Origin: an uncultured Acidobacteriota bacterium | Lineage (GTDB): Bacteria > Acidobacteriota > Vicinamibacteria > Vicinamibacterales > CAVVIG01 | Assembly (NCBI GenBank): GCA_963780685.1 | Contig: CAWACZ010000012.1 | Location: forward strand, 195,238-259,237 | Length of the DNA stretch: 64,000 nucleotides | Direction: 5' to 3' | The notes under the pieces: generated by a model | What the model was told of the DNA's origin: nothing | Databases searched by the model: none | What the model saw: the letters and a program-made list of their open reading frames with translations, nothing else | Position numbers and translations under genes: made by a program | In this document: positions 32,007 through 41,885 of the stretch, in pieces | How the letters are laid out: every line of letters begins with the position of its first letter | How positions within the stretch are numbered: position 1 is the stretch's first letter

Positions 32007-33170
32007 TTACTTTTTCGCCGCTACCATTTTCGTGATCCGGCCGACGCTCGTGTCGCCTGAATAGAGATTGCCTTGCGAATCCATGGCCATGTAGTTGGAT
32101 TCGACGAACTGGCCGTCCCCTCTCCCCGGTCCGTTGCCGACCGCACCAAGCACGTTGCCATCCCAGTCAATCTTGAAGATTTGACCGTCCTGACCGGTCG
32201 CCAGCCAGAGCTGTTTGTGCGGGTCCACATAGAGCGCGCACGTGAGGTTTCTCATTTGAATCGTTTTGATGAACTTGCCGTCTTTGTCGTAAACGACAAG
32301 GCGATATTCCTCGCGATCGGCGATATACACGTCGCCGTTGTTCGGATTGATGGCAATCCCATGGACCATGCTGAAGTGTCCCTGGCCGGCACGGTTTCCG
32401 AACCACTGATTGATGAACTTGCCGTTCTTGTCGAGGTGCAGGACGCGCGCGGCGCCAATCCTGTTGGTCGGAGACTTGTCGGTGTCGTTGGGACTCTCGT
32501 TCGCATGACCCTGGCCGATATAGACGTCGCCATTCGGGGCGAAGGCGACGTGCAGCGGCTGCCAGAGAAGTCTTTGTCCCTTGGCCTCGTCCCAATCACC
32601 CCGTTGTCCCCTCACACCGATGGTCATCAGGAGCTTTCCCTCGGGACTCAGCTTCATCACGGTGTCGCCATGCTCGTCGCAGATCCAGATGTTGTCCTCT
32701 CGGTCGATGGCCATGCCATGTGCCTTGTTCTGGTGGCCGATCACCTCGTCGCCGATTGCGCGGACCAGCTTCTGGTTCTGATCGAACTCGAACAACTGTG
32801 GCTTTCCGGCGGCGTTGCGCTGAAAAGCGAACAGGTGTCCCTTCGAATTGATCGCGACCGCCGCGACACCACCACCGCCCTCGGGCAACGCGAACGGGTA
32901 GGCGTAGGTGAAACCCATATCGGGCGTGCGCAGTTCATGAGAGATGAGGTTGCGCTCCCTTCCCCAGTTGCAGATGGGCGAATGCGTGCACGGCTCGGCG
33001 CCAGCGTTTCCCTGTATGCCGCCCCCTTGCCCACCGCTCCTCCCGCCGGAGGTCACTTGTGATGTCGAAGCCACGGCCGACGCTTGCGGCCCGGCGGCTG
33101 GCGTGTCCGTTTGTGAGAATGCCAGCGTACAGAGTCCGACCACGACTCCACGGAAAGTACGTCCTCTCAT
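32007..33170 (-). CDS. secreted NHL/6-bladed beta-propeller protein
   Basis: GHQNKAHGMAIDREDNIWICDEHGDTVMKLSPEGKLLMTIG; repeated NGDVYIADREEYRLVVYDKDGKFI. Confidence 0.85.
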   Translation of the reverse strand: MRGRTFRGVVVGLCTLAFSQTDTPAAGPQASAVASTSQVTSGGRSGGQGGGIQGNAGAEPCTHSPICNWGRERNLISHELRTPDMGFTYAYPFALPEGGGGVAAVAINSKGHLFAFQRNAAGKPQLFEFDQNQKLVRAIGDEVIGHQNKAHGMAIDREDNIWICDEHGDTVMKLSPEGKLLMTIGVRGQRGDWDEAKGQRLLWQPLHVAFAPNGDVYIGQGHANESPNDTDKSPTNRIGAARVLHLDKNGKFINQWFGNRAGQGHFSMVHGIAINPNNGDVYIADREEYRLVVYDKDGKFIKTIQMRNLTCALYVDPHKQLWLATGQDGQIFKIDWDGNVLGAVGNGPGRGDGQFVESNYMAMDSQGNLYSGDTSVGRITKMVAAKK

Positions 33171-33185
33171 TTCAACCTCCCGGCC

Positions 33186-34830
33186 TCAACGCACCGTCTT
33201 CGCCTTCGCCTCGTCGCGCCGCCACGCGTAGTAACCGTCGAGCGCCTTGAGCTGAGGCATGTTCGGCACCGGTCGAGCGCTCGACCGTCCGTCGAAATGC
33301 ATGGCGTTCTGAGCGGTGGGAGTAAACGCGGGCCAGGCGGGCAGACCCGGCCCATTCGGGTCGCCGTTCTTCGCGAAGTTCACCCAGTAACTGCTCACGA
33401 GATCTGACATCGCGTGGTCCTCAGGGCGGGGCGGGCCGGCCGCACCAAGTGGACCACTCGAGGCGCCAAGCGTGCGAAATACGTAGCCGATTTCCGCGCC
33501 GTGATTGGCACCATTCGGCGACTGCGGCGTCCGATGGTCGAAGTAATAGACGTACGCCTTCCCCTTGCCCTTCTCGGCCTGCAGCATCGCCCACGCCCAC
33601 GTGGGCCACGCGAACGCCGTAGTCGCGGAAGATGTCCTTGCCGGCTTTGGCCGCTTCCGCGTCGGTGGCATGCGGATATGCGGCGAGAATCGCGTCGGCG
33701 TGTTTGCCGTAGCCTTCGCGAATCTGCGATTCGAAGAGCGCCTTTGTCATGCCGGGTTGCGCAAACAAGGCGCCTTCGTCCGAGTTCGTGCCGATGAGCA
33801 CGGGCGTGTCGTAGAAACGCCCCGCCTTGTACAGCTCGTACTGATCGCCCGGCAGCACGTCGCCGTCGAAGACCGGCCAGAAGCCGCCCTGCAAGCCCGG
33901 GCCCTGGGCCGTTTGCAGCTGGTCGACGCTCAGCTCGCGCGCGGCAGCGATGTCCTTCGCGCCGAGCTTGGCGAGAAAGCTCTGCCCCGTTGCCTCCGCC
34001 ACCTTGAGCGGCGGGACGTTCTGTCCGCCTTCGTTGGCGAACCGCGGGGGGCCGAAGTTGCCGCCGCTTTCGGAGATCGCGCGTTGAAACAAGCCTTTTG
34101 CGGCTGGCGACGCGGCCAACATGCTCACGGCGATGCCGCCCGCGGATTCGCCGAAGATCGTGACGCGCGCGGGATCCCCGCCAAACTTCGCGATGTTGGC
34201 CTTCACCCAACGAAGCCCCTCGATCTGATCCTGGAGGCCGTAGTTGCCCGAACCCTTGCCGCTCTCGCGACTGAGCTCGGCGTGGGCGAGGAATCCGAAC
34301 GCACCCACCCTGTAGGCGACGCTGACCAGGACGACACCCTTCTCAGCGAGCCGCGTCCCATCGTAGGCCGGAACACTCGTCTGGCCGCCCACGAAACCGC
34401 CGCCGTAGATCCACACCATCACTGGCAGTGCCTCGCCCGCCGTCTTCGCCGGCGTCCAGACGTTGAGATAGAGGCAGTCCTCGTTGATCTCGGGTGGCGC
34501 GCCGAACAACCTTGCAAAGTTCGGATCCTGCACGCAGCTCGGCCCGAATGCGGCGGCCTGCTTCACGCCCGTCCACGGCCTAACGGGCTGCGGCGCCTTC
34601 CACCGCAGCGGTCCCACCGGTGGAGCGGCAAACGGAATGCCCTTGAACGAGACGATGCCGTTTGCCAGCACGCCGGCGACGCGGCCGCCGGTCACGTCGA
34701 CTTCCTGCACCTGGGCGCTCGCCGACGGAACCAATAGCAGCGCCACCGCGAGACACGCCGCGTCGATCGCGAGCTTCTTCACGCTCTTCGAGTCCAGGAC
34801 ATTGCGCACAGGTCCACCTTTCTTTCGCAC
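33186..34830 (-). CDS. carboxylesterase/lipase family protein, frameshift near 33600
   Basis: NEDCLYLNVWTP, TIFGESAGGIAVSMLAASPAAKGLFQRAISESG; C-terminus VSSYWVNFAKNGDPNGPGLPAWPAF in a second frame. Confidence 0.93.
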
Positions 34831-34973
34831 TCACCGACCCGGCATGACAGGCGCCGGGTGAGCAGGACGGGGAGGGAAATCTTACTCTCAGCCGCGCTTC
34901 GTCCGCGGGGGGAACCCTTGGGGCATGAAAGGTTCCGGCGTCGACGCTATAGAATCGTTCGACTGGCCCATCA

Positions 34974-37900
34974 ATGGCGTTCGGCGCGGCTGAGCCCCGC
35001 TATGAGATCGTCGAAATCATCGGCCGCGGAGGCATGGGAGAGGTCTGTCTCGCCGACGATGTGATGCTCGACCGCAAGGTTGCGCTCAAGTTCGTCAGCG
35101 AGCCCCGCGAAAGAGACGGCCTGGAGCAACTGCTCAGCGAGGCCCGAGCCGCAGCCGCTCTCGACCATCCGTTCATCTGCTCGATTTACGAAGTCACGAC
35201 GCACAACGGCCGCCCCTGCATCGCCATGGAGTACGTCCGCGGCGAGTCGCTCGAACGGCGGCTGCGCGGCGGGCCGCTGCCGCTTGGAGAGGCGCTCCGG
35301 GTGGCGGAAGAGATCGCCGAGGCGCTCGACGCGGCGCACAAGCGGCTCGTCGTTCACCGCGATCTCAAGCCGGCGAACGTCATGCTCACCGAGGACCAGC
35401 ACATCAAAGTCATGGACTTCGGGTTGGCGACCCGCTTGCCGCGGGCCGCCGCCGTCGACCAGGCGGCGACCGTCACGATTGCGGTGACGGATGCCGTCGT
35501 GAAAGGCACGCCGGCCTACATGGCGCCGGAACAGATCCGCGGCGAACCAGCCGATCGCCGATCCGATATTTTCGCGTTCGGCATTCTGCTGTATGAGGTG
35601 GTCTCGGGAACCAATCCGTTCCATCGCGGGGGGATCACCGCCACTTTCGCGGCCATTCTCGGCGAGCCGGCGCCGACGCTCCGCGGCCGCCTGCCGGCGA
35701 TTCCGCCTGCGCTCGATGCCCTTCTGGCACGGCTGCTGGCGAAGGATCAGGCCGCGCGATATCAGTCCTTCGGCGACGTCCGCAGCGCTCTGCGCGGCCT
35801 TTCGGTCGACATGTCTTCGTCGCTCGCGGCGCCGGCCGTTGTCGAGCGGCCGGCAAGCGATGACAGCGCCACGCTGATTGGGCGCGACGCTGAGGGGGCG
35901 CAGCTGCTGCAAAGCCTTCACCAGGCAAGGTCCGGTCGAGGCAGCCTCGTCCTGCTGGTCGGAGACGCGGGTATCGGAAAAACTCGACTGGCGGAAGATG
36001 CCCTGACGGCGGCGCGGCGGCTCGGATGTCAGACGCTCGTTGGCCGATGCTACGAGCAGGAGGACACGCCTGCGCTCATCCCGTACATCGAAGTGCTCGA
36101 GGAGGCCTCCCGGCTGATGCCCGCCGCACTGTTTCGCGAGGCGGTCGGTGCGAGCGCGCCCGAACTGGCGAAACTGATACCGGAGCTGCATCATCTGTTC
36201 CCCGACATGGCGGCGCCGCTGGAGTTGCCGCCGCAGCTGCAGCAACGATACCTGTTCACGAATGTCCGCGAGTTCCTCACTCGAAGCGGTCGCTCCATGC
36301 CGCTCGTGATCTTCATCGACGATCTGCAGTGGGCAGACGAGTCGACCGTTCAGCTGACGCAGCAGCTGGCGCAGCAGCTCGCCAACCTCCCGATCCTCGT
36401 CATCGCGGCGTACCGCGAGGTGGACGTCGCCCCCACTGGCCCTGGCAGGGGCAGGCTTCACAACCTGCTGGACCGGGTCCGTGGTCAGGGGATTCCCGCA
36501 TCACAGTCGATCAAGGCCGCGCTCGATCAGCTGGTCGGCCAGCGCCACGCCCGTACGATCGCGCTGCGCCCGTTGACACAACCCGAAGTGCAGGGCGTGC
36601 TCGCAGCGCTCGGCCAGCCAAACCCGCCGGCCGCGCTCGTCCGGAAATTCGCCGAGCACACCGGCGGAAATCCGCTGTTCATCGCCGAGCTGTTCCGGCA
36701 CCTGAAGGACGAAGGACGGCTGTTCGACGCCCGCAACCACTGGACGCGCAACATCGACCTCGACGATGTCGAGATTCCCGACACGGTGCGCATCGTGCTG
36801 GAGCGCCGGATTCAGCGCGTCTCGCCCGAAACGCAGAACGTGCTGAAAGCCGCGGCGGTGATTGGCCGTCAGTTCGAGCCCGACCTGCTCGAAGAGGTCG
36901 CCGAAATCGACAGCGATACGCTGCTCTCGGCGCTGGACGAGGCCGAGCAAGCCCGGATCCTGAGAGGCCCTTCGGGGCGCCGCGACACCATGTGGCGCTT
37001 TGCCCATCAGTTCATTTGCCAGATGCTGACCGGCGCGATTCCCCAGCTTCGCCGGCAACGGCTGCACTTGCGCGTCGCCGACGCGATGGCGCGGCTCGAC
37101 CGAGAGTCCCGCGTGTACACATCCGGGATCGCGCATCATCTGTACTGTGCCGGCCGCCTGGCCGACCCCGGTCGAGCCGCCCGCGCGCTGATCACGGCTG
37201 GCGACGCCGCGCACGTCGTGTATGCCACCGAAGAAGCGGTCCAGCATTATCGCCGGGCCCTCGAGGTGTTGAAGGATACGAGCGGCCACGAACGAGAGCG
37301 GCTTTCGGTGCAGGAAACGCTCGCGGACCTGCTGGCACTGCAAGGCGATCGCGCCGCAGCGATGGAACACTACGAAACAGTCAGCGCCGCTTACCGCGCC
37401 GCACAGGCGCCGGTCGATCAGGCGCGCGTCGCCCGCAAGACCGGCACGCTCCATTGGCAGGCCGGCGATCGTGCCGAGGCGATGGCGGCGTATCGTCGGG
37501 CACTGGAGGCCCTCGCCGGAGCAACGGCGCACCTCGAATCGGCCCACCTTTATCAGGAGCTGGGGCTCGCCGCGTTTCGCAGCGGAGACAACGACCAGGC
37601 ACGCGAGTGGGCGGAGCGCGCGCTGCAATCGGCGGAGCTCGCGCTCACCGCGCCTGCGTCCGACGGGTCGCAGGTCCGCAAAGCGGCGACAACGGCGATC
37701 GCGCAGGCCACCAATACGATCGGCGTCGCGCTGGCACGGTCCGGGCAGCTCGACGCCGCCCGCGAGCGCATCGAGCGCAGCCTCGCCGCGTCACGGGATC
37801 TGGGACTGCTCGACGTCGCCTGCCGCGCCTACGCCAATCTCGGAGTCCTCTACAGTTCCGTCGAGCCGCAACGTGCGATCGACGTGTCGCTGACGGGGCT

Positions 37901-38330
37901 CGAGCTGGCGTCGAGGATCGGCGCACCGTCGCTCCAGTCGTATATTTACGCGAACCTCGCGGCCGCGTACTGCGCGTTGACCGAAAGGTGCGAAACAGAA
38001 GGCCTTGAGGCGGCGCAGACGGCCGTCGCGCTCGACCGCGAGCTGGGGCAGCTGGACCATCTCGCCGTTCCGCTCGTCGTCATGGCGCAGATCCATCAAT
38101 GCCGCGGCGAGCTCGAGAAGGCGCAAGAGGAGTATCACGAGGCGCTCGCGCTGGCTGAAAAGATCGGCGAGCCGCAGTTGATCTTCCCCTGCTACGACGG
38201 CCTCGCCACGATCCACCTGGATCGAGGCGACCGCGGTCGTGCGGAAGAATTCATGGTGAAAGCTCAGCAGCTGTGCGAACGGACCGGTCTCGATCCCGAT
38301 GCGCTACTCCTGCTCCCGTTCTTGTGTTGA
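34974..38330 (+). CDS. Ser/Thr protein kinase fused to AAA-type ATPase and long TPR region (about 1118 aa)
   Basis: YEIVEIIGRGGMGEVCLADDVML, VHRDLKPANVMLTEDQHIKVMDFGLA; LIGRDAEGAQLLQSLHQARSGRGSLVLLVGDAGIGKTRLAEDAL; TPR. Confidence 0.95.
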   Translation: MAFGAAEPRYEIVEIIGRGGMGEVCLADDVMLDRKVALKFVSEPRERDGLEQLLSEARAAAALDHPFICSIYEVTTHNGRPCIAMEYVRGESLERRLRGGPLPLGEALRVAEEIAEALDAAHKRLVVHRDLKPANVMLTEDQHIKVMDFGLATRLPRAAAVDQAATVTIAVTDAVVKGTPAYMAPEQIRGEPADRRSDIFAFGILLYEVVSGTNPFHRGGITATFAAILGEPAPTLRGRLPAIPPALDALLARLLAKDQAARYQSFGDVRSALRGLSVDMSSSLAAPAVVERPASDDSATLIGRDAEGAQLLQSLHQARSGRGSLVLLVGDAGIGKTRLAEDALTAARRLGCQTLVGRCYEQEDTPALIPYIEVLEEASRLMPAALFREAVGASAPELAKLIPELHHLFPDMAAPLELPPQLQQRYLFTNVREFLTRSGRSMPLVIFIDDLQWADESTVQLTQQLAQQLANLPILVIAAYREVDVAPTGPGRGRLHNLLDRVRGQGIPASQSIKAALDQLVGQRHARTIALRPLTQPEVQGVLAALGQPNPPAALVRKFAEHTGGNPLFIAELFRHLKDEGRLFDARNHWTRNIDLDDVEIPDTVRIVLERRIQRVSPETQNVLKAAAVIGRQFEPDLLEEVAEIDSDTLLSALDEAEQARILRGPSGRRDTMWRFAHQFICQMLTGAIPQLRRQRLHLRVADAMARLDRESRVYTSGIAHHLYCAGRLADPGRAARALITAGDAAHVVYATEEAVQHYRRALEVLKDTSGHERERLSVQETLADLLALQGDRAAAMEHYETVSAAYRAAQAPVDQARVARKTGTLHWQAGDRAEAMAAYRRALEALAGATAHLESAHLYQELGLAAFRSGDNDQAREWAERALQSAELALTAPASDGSQVRKAATTAIAQATNTIGVALARSGQLDAARERIERSLAASRDLGLLDVACRAYANLGVLYSSVEPQRAIDVSLTGLELASRIGAPSLQSYIYANLAAAYCALTERCETEGLEAAQTAVALDRELGQLDHLAVPLVVMAQIHQCRGELEKAQEEYHEALALAEKIGEPQLIFPCYDGLATIHLDRGDRGRAEEFMVKAQQLCERTGLDPDALLLLPFLC

Positions 38331-38400
38331 CGTAGAATTGTCAGCTCGCAGGTCGAGAGAAACGTTCAGAGGCCGTTGAATCTTGGAAAAGGTTGATCCC

Positions 38401-39069
38401 ATGTCGCTATCAGGCCAGATGCCGGTTCAGCCCGGAGAGCCCGCGCCCGACTTCGCCGTGTCGGCCGTGCACGAGGATCGGATGATTTCGTTGGCAGACT
38501 ACCGCGGAAGGACGCCGCTGCTGCTCGGCCTGTTCAGGGGCCTGTACTGCCCGTTCTGCCGGCGTGCGCTGGCCCAGATGGCCGTCTCGTCCGACCGCCT
38601 GAAATCGCTCGGCGTCGATTCGCTGGCCGTTGTCGGCACCGACGTGGAGAATGCGCGGCTTTATTTCAAGTTCAGACCGACGCGCATGGCGCTCGGCGCC
38701 GACCCGAATCTCGTCACCCACCGCTCGTACCGTGTGCCGCGGCCGGAGCCTACGTCCGAGTTGATGCAAGCGATGGCGAACACACAGATCAACCCGACTG
38801 GAGAGCTCCCGGCACCGCTGCCGGTGCCCGCCGCAGGGGCCGCCCTCAACGCGCTCGACGGCTATCAGAGCACGCCGGCCGATCAGCGGGACTTCGAGTC
38901 GGCGTTTACGCAGTTGAAAGGCCAGTTCCTGATCGACCGCGGCGGCGTCGTGCGGTGGGCCCACATCGAGGGCCAGGAGGGCCCCTCCGGTCTCGGCAAG
39001 TTCCCTTCGCACGACGAATTGATTGACGCGGCGAGTATCGTCATCGGCGGCACACGGGTCGGCACTTAG
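38401..39069 (+). CDS. peroxiredoxin-like AhpC/TSA family protein
   Basis: QPGEPAPDFAVSAVHEDRMISLADYRGRTPLLLGLFRGLYCPFCRRALAQM. Confidence 0.85.
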   Translation: MSLSGQMPVQPGEPAPDFAVSAVHEDRMISLADYRGRTPLLLGLFRGLYCPFCRRALAQMAVSSDRLKSLGVDSLAVVGTDVENARLYFKFRPTRMALGADPNLVTHRSYRVPRPEPTSELMQAMANTQINPTGELPAPLPVPAAGAALNALDGYQSTPADQRDFESAFTQLKGQFLIDRGGVVRWAHIEGQEGPSGLGKFPSHDELIDAASIVIGGTRVGT

Positions 39070-39112
39070 CGATCCCACCGGTCCAGTTTCGGTCACACAG
39101 TGCGGCTTCGAT

Positions 39113-39130
39113 CCGTCACGAAGGTGACGG
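39113..39130. terminator. possible hairpin ccgtcac-gaag-gtgacgg downstream of the AhpC/TSA gene
   Basis: perfect 7-bp stem 44 nt after the stop codon; no clear U-tract. Confidence 0.3.
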
Positions 39131-39190
39131 CCGACACGGTCACGCCCACGACGGTCACGTGCGTGGCATGCACCGGCATTGCTAAACCTC

Positions 39191-39231
39191 TTGACATGCA
39201 CTAGTCAAGTAATCTATTGATTACTTGACTA
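39191..39231 (+). promoter_or_regulatory. TTGACA -35-like box followed by a perfect 13-bp inverted repeat (tagtcaagtaatc-tatt-gattacttgacta) ending on the start codon
   Basis: 39202-39214 is the exact reverse complement of 39219-39231; placed upstream of the ArsR-rhodanese gene. Confidence 0.7.
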
Positions 39232-39977
39232 TGACCGATCCCCACCGAACCTTCAAGGACCGCCTCTACGGTCAGTTCGCTCGCCTCGGCAAGGCGCTCG
39301 CCAGCCCGCATCGCATCGAGATGCTCGAACTGCTCGCACAGAGCGAACGCACGGTCGATTCCCTGGCGACGGAGATGGGCTTGTCGCTGGCGAATGCTTC
39401 TCAGCATCTGCAAGCGCTGCGACAAGCCGCGCTGGTCGAAAGCCGCAAACAAGGCCTATTCGTCCACTACCGGCTCGTCGACCCGTCGGTCTTCGACCTC
39501 TGTGCCGCCCTGCACACGGTGGCCGAGCGACGTCTCGCCGACTTGGATCGCCTCGTGCGCGAGCACTTCGGGGACCGTTCCGACGCCGAGCCGGTGCGCA
39601 TGCGCGATCTGCTGGATCGGGCGCGGGCGAGCGACGTCATCATTCTCGACGCCCGGCCCGCAGCCGAGTACCAGGCGGGCCATATCGCCGGCGCGATTTC
39701 GGTTCCCATCGACCAGCTCCAGAAACGTCTGCGGTCGCTGCCAGTCGACAAGGAGTACGTGGCGTACTGCCGTGGCCCCTACTGTGTGTACGCCGATCGA
39801 GCGGTCGAACTCCTTCTAAAGAGTCGCCGCCGCGCCCGGCGTCTGCTCGAGGGATTTCCGGAGTGGCGCGCGGCGGGATTTCCCATTGCACGAGGGAGCG
39901 ACGCGCCGGCGGTGCCAGGACGGCCGCGACGGCGCGGTTCACGCCGTCCTCGAAAGCGCCTGCTGACGTCGGTTTGA
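39231..39977 (+). CDS. ArsR-family HTH regulator fused to a rhodanese domain
   Basis: LGKALASPHRIEMLELLAQSERTVDSLATEMGLSLANASQHLQALRQAALV; ILDARPAAEYQAGHIAGAISVP...AYCRGPYCVYADRAV. Confidence 0.94.
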   Translation: MTDPHRTFKDRLYGQFARLGKALASPHRIEMLELLAQSERTVDSLATEMGLSLANASQHLQALRQAALVESRKQGLFVHYRLVDPSVFDLCAALHTVAERRLADLDRLVREHFGDRSDAEPVRMRDLLDRARASDVIILDARPAAEYQAGHIAGAISVPIDQLQKRLRSLPVDKEYVAYCRGPYCVYADRAVELLLKSRRRARRLLEGFPEWRAAGFPIARGSDAPAVPGRPRRRGSRRPRKRLLTSV

Positions 39978-40041
39978 TTCGCTTGTCGTGGCGACGCTGA
40001 CCGACCGCAGACCCCTCGAGCGCGCACGTGATCGGAGGTGA

Positions 40042-40527
40042 ATGATGGAGAAAGCCGTGATGCGACGACGCCTCGAGGTCCAGGGGTTTCTGCTGGACGA
40101 TGTTGCGCTGCGACAGATCGGCAGGTGGCTGCGGTTCACCCCGGCTCTCTGCGCCACGGGCATCGCCATTGGGACTCTCCTCGCCTCTCCGTCGATGTTG
40201 TGGGCGCTTGCGGCAACCGCTGCTGCCGGCGCGCTGTTTCCCAGACATCCGTTTGATTTCCTCTACAACTTCGCTATTCGGTTCCTGACGAGGACGCAAC
40301 CACTTCCGGTCAATCGAGCTCCAAGACGGTTCGCGTGCGGCGTGGCGGCACTCTGGCTCGCTGGTACGGCGATGGCGTTCGAAGGAGGTCAGCCTGCGCT
40401 TGGCTACATCCTCGGAGGAGCGATAGTCGTCCTCGCCACTCTCGTCAGCTTGACGGATATCTGCATCCCTTCGGTTGTTTACCAGTTCCTGTTCGCGCGG
40501 CGCGACCGGAAGGTCGTACGCGTGTAG
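40042..40527 (+). CDS. DUF4395 membrane protein
   Basis: DDVALRQIGRWLRFTPALCATGIAIGTLLASPSMLWALAATAAAGALFPRHPFDFLYN. Confidence 0.75.
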   Translation: MMEKAVMRRRLEVQGFLLDDVALRQIGRWLRFTPALCATGIAIGTLLASPSMLWALAATAAAGALFPRHPFDFLYNFAIRFLTRTQPLPVNRAPRRFACGVAALWLAGTAMAFEGGQPALGYILGGAIVVLATLVSLTDICIPSVVYQFLFARRDRKVVRV

Positions 40528-40560
40528 ATCGAAGCCCTGCACGAGAGGTGGAGGTGACAT

Positions 40561-41343
40561 GTGGCGATGACGTGCCCCGTTGATTTCGACACCGTGACGC
40601 TACGCGCCGAAATTCAGACGATGTATTCGCAGGTCGCCGCCACGCCCGAAGGCTCGTTCCACTTTCATCGTGGACCAGAGTACGCCGTTACCAGGCTCGG
40701 CTACGACGCGGCGGAGCTCGCCACTCTCCCCATCACGGTCACGTCGTCATTCGCGGGTGTTGGCAATCCTCACGCTATCAGGCCCATCGAGAAGGCAGCC
40801 GTCGTGCTCGACGTCGGCTGTGGATCTGGAACCGATCTACTCCTCGCTGCGCGGCATGTCGGACCTGCCGGCCGCGCGATTGGCGTGGACATGACCGAAG
40901 CAATGCGAGCACGAGCATCAGCGGGAGCCGTGCAATGCGGACTCGCTCATGTCGACGTGCGTGATGGCGATGCAACGCGCCTGCCGCTCGAAGATGCCAG
41001 CGTCGACGTGGTCATTTCGAACGGCGTGCTGAACCTCGTACCCGACAAACACAAAGCCATCGGCGAGATCGCCCGCGTCTTGAAGCGCGGCGGCGGTGTA
41101 CAGATTGCCGACATCGTGATCAAGGAGATCCTGCCGGAAAGCACCCTTCGCGACATCGATCTCTGGACCGGTTGAATCGCCGGCGCTCTGCTGGAAGCAG
41201 AGCTTGTCGACGCCTTTGCGGCGGCCGGCTTCGACGATGTGCGCATCGTCGCCCGATTCGATTGCTTCGCAGGAACGACCAAAGAGCGGACGGCGAGACG
41301 GTACGGCGTCGGCGGTGTGAATCTCGTGGCGTCGCGACGATAG
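40561..41343 (+). CDS. ArsM/UbiE-like SAM-dependent methyltransferase, candidate selenoprotein: UGA at 41173-41175 read as Sec
   Basis: VLDVGCGSGTDLLLAARHVGPAGRAIGVDMT...ISNGVLNLVPDKHKA; in-frame read-through DLWTG-U-IAGALLEAELVDAFAAAGFDDVRIVARFDCFAGTTKERTARRYGVGGVNLVASRR* completes the known family C-terminus; ORF track stops at 41175. Confidence 0.85.
41185..41203 (+). promoter_or_regulatory. candidate bSECIS hairpin GCUCUGCU-GGA-AGCAGAGC
   Basis: perfect 8-bp stem, G first in apical loop, 17 nt between UGA and loop G. Confidence 0.8.
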
Positions 41344-41377
41344 GCCCACCCGGCTATCTCGAAAGAGGAGGCTCATC

Positions 41378-41872
41378 ATGACAATGAAGGTAGCGATTCG
41401 ACGGTCCATTGCTCCCGCTCTGATCGTTGTCGTCACGACCATGCTTTCCGCGTGGGCCAGCCAGGCTGCGGCGCAAACGGCTCAGAAGACGCTGTACGAC
41501 CGGCTCGGGGGCGCGTACAGCATCGCGACGGTTGTGGACGACTTCATCGAGCGCTTGCTCGTCAACGCAACACTCAACGCCAATCCCGCCATCAACGCCG
41601 CGCGGGCACGAGTCCCGAAAGCAGGCTTGAAATTCCAAGTTACGGCGCTCGTGTGCGAGGTCACCGGTGGTCCATGCAGGTACACGGGCCGAGCGATGAA
41701 GGAGTCACATGACCATCTCAACATCACGCAGGCTGAGTGGGATGCAATGGTCGCAGATTTCAGACGGACATTAGAACAGTTCAAGGTACCGCAGCAGGAA
41801 CAGCAGGAATTGATCGCGATCGTCGGCAGCACGAAGAAGGACATCGTCAAGTCGGCGACCGCCAGCCGATAG
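41378..41872 (+). CDS. exported group 1 truncated hemoglobin-like protein
   Basis: signal peptide MTMKVAIRRSIAPALIVVVTTMLSAWASQAAAQ; TLYDRLGGAYSIATVVDDFIERL...MKESHDHLNITQAEWDAMV. Confidence 0.85.
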   Translation: MTMKVAIRRSIAPALIVVVTTMLSAWASQAAAQTAQKTLYDRLGGAYSIATVVDDFIERLLVNATLNANPAINAARARVPKAGLKFQVTALVCEVTGGPCRYTGRAMKESHDHLNITQAEWDAMVADFRRTLEQFKVPQQEQQELIAIVGSTKKDIVKSATASR

Positions 41873-41885
41873 CACAGGTGCGATC

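Noticed and set aside
40561-41175. Methyltransferase as a simple truncated pseudogene
   Set aside because: The frame continues for 55 conserved codons with the characteristic FDCFAGTTKERTARRYGVGG end and an 8-bp SECIS-like hairpin directly after the UGA; random decay would not give this.
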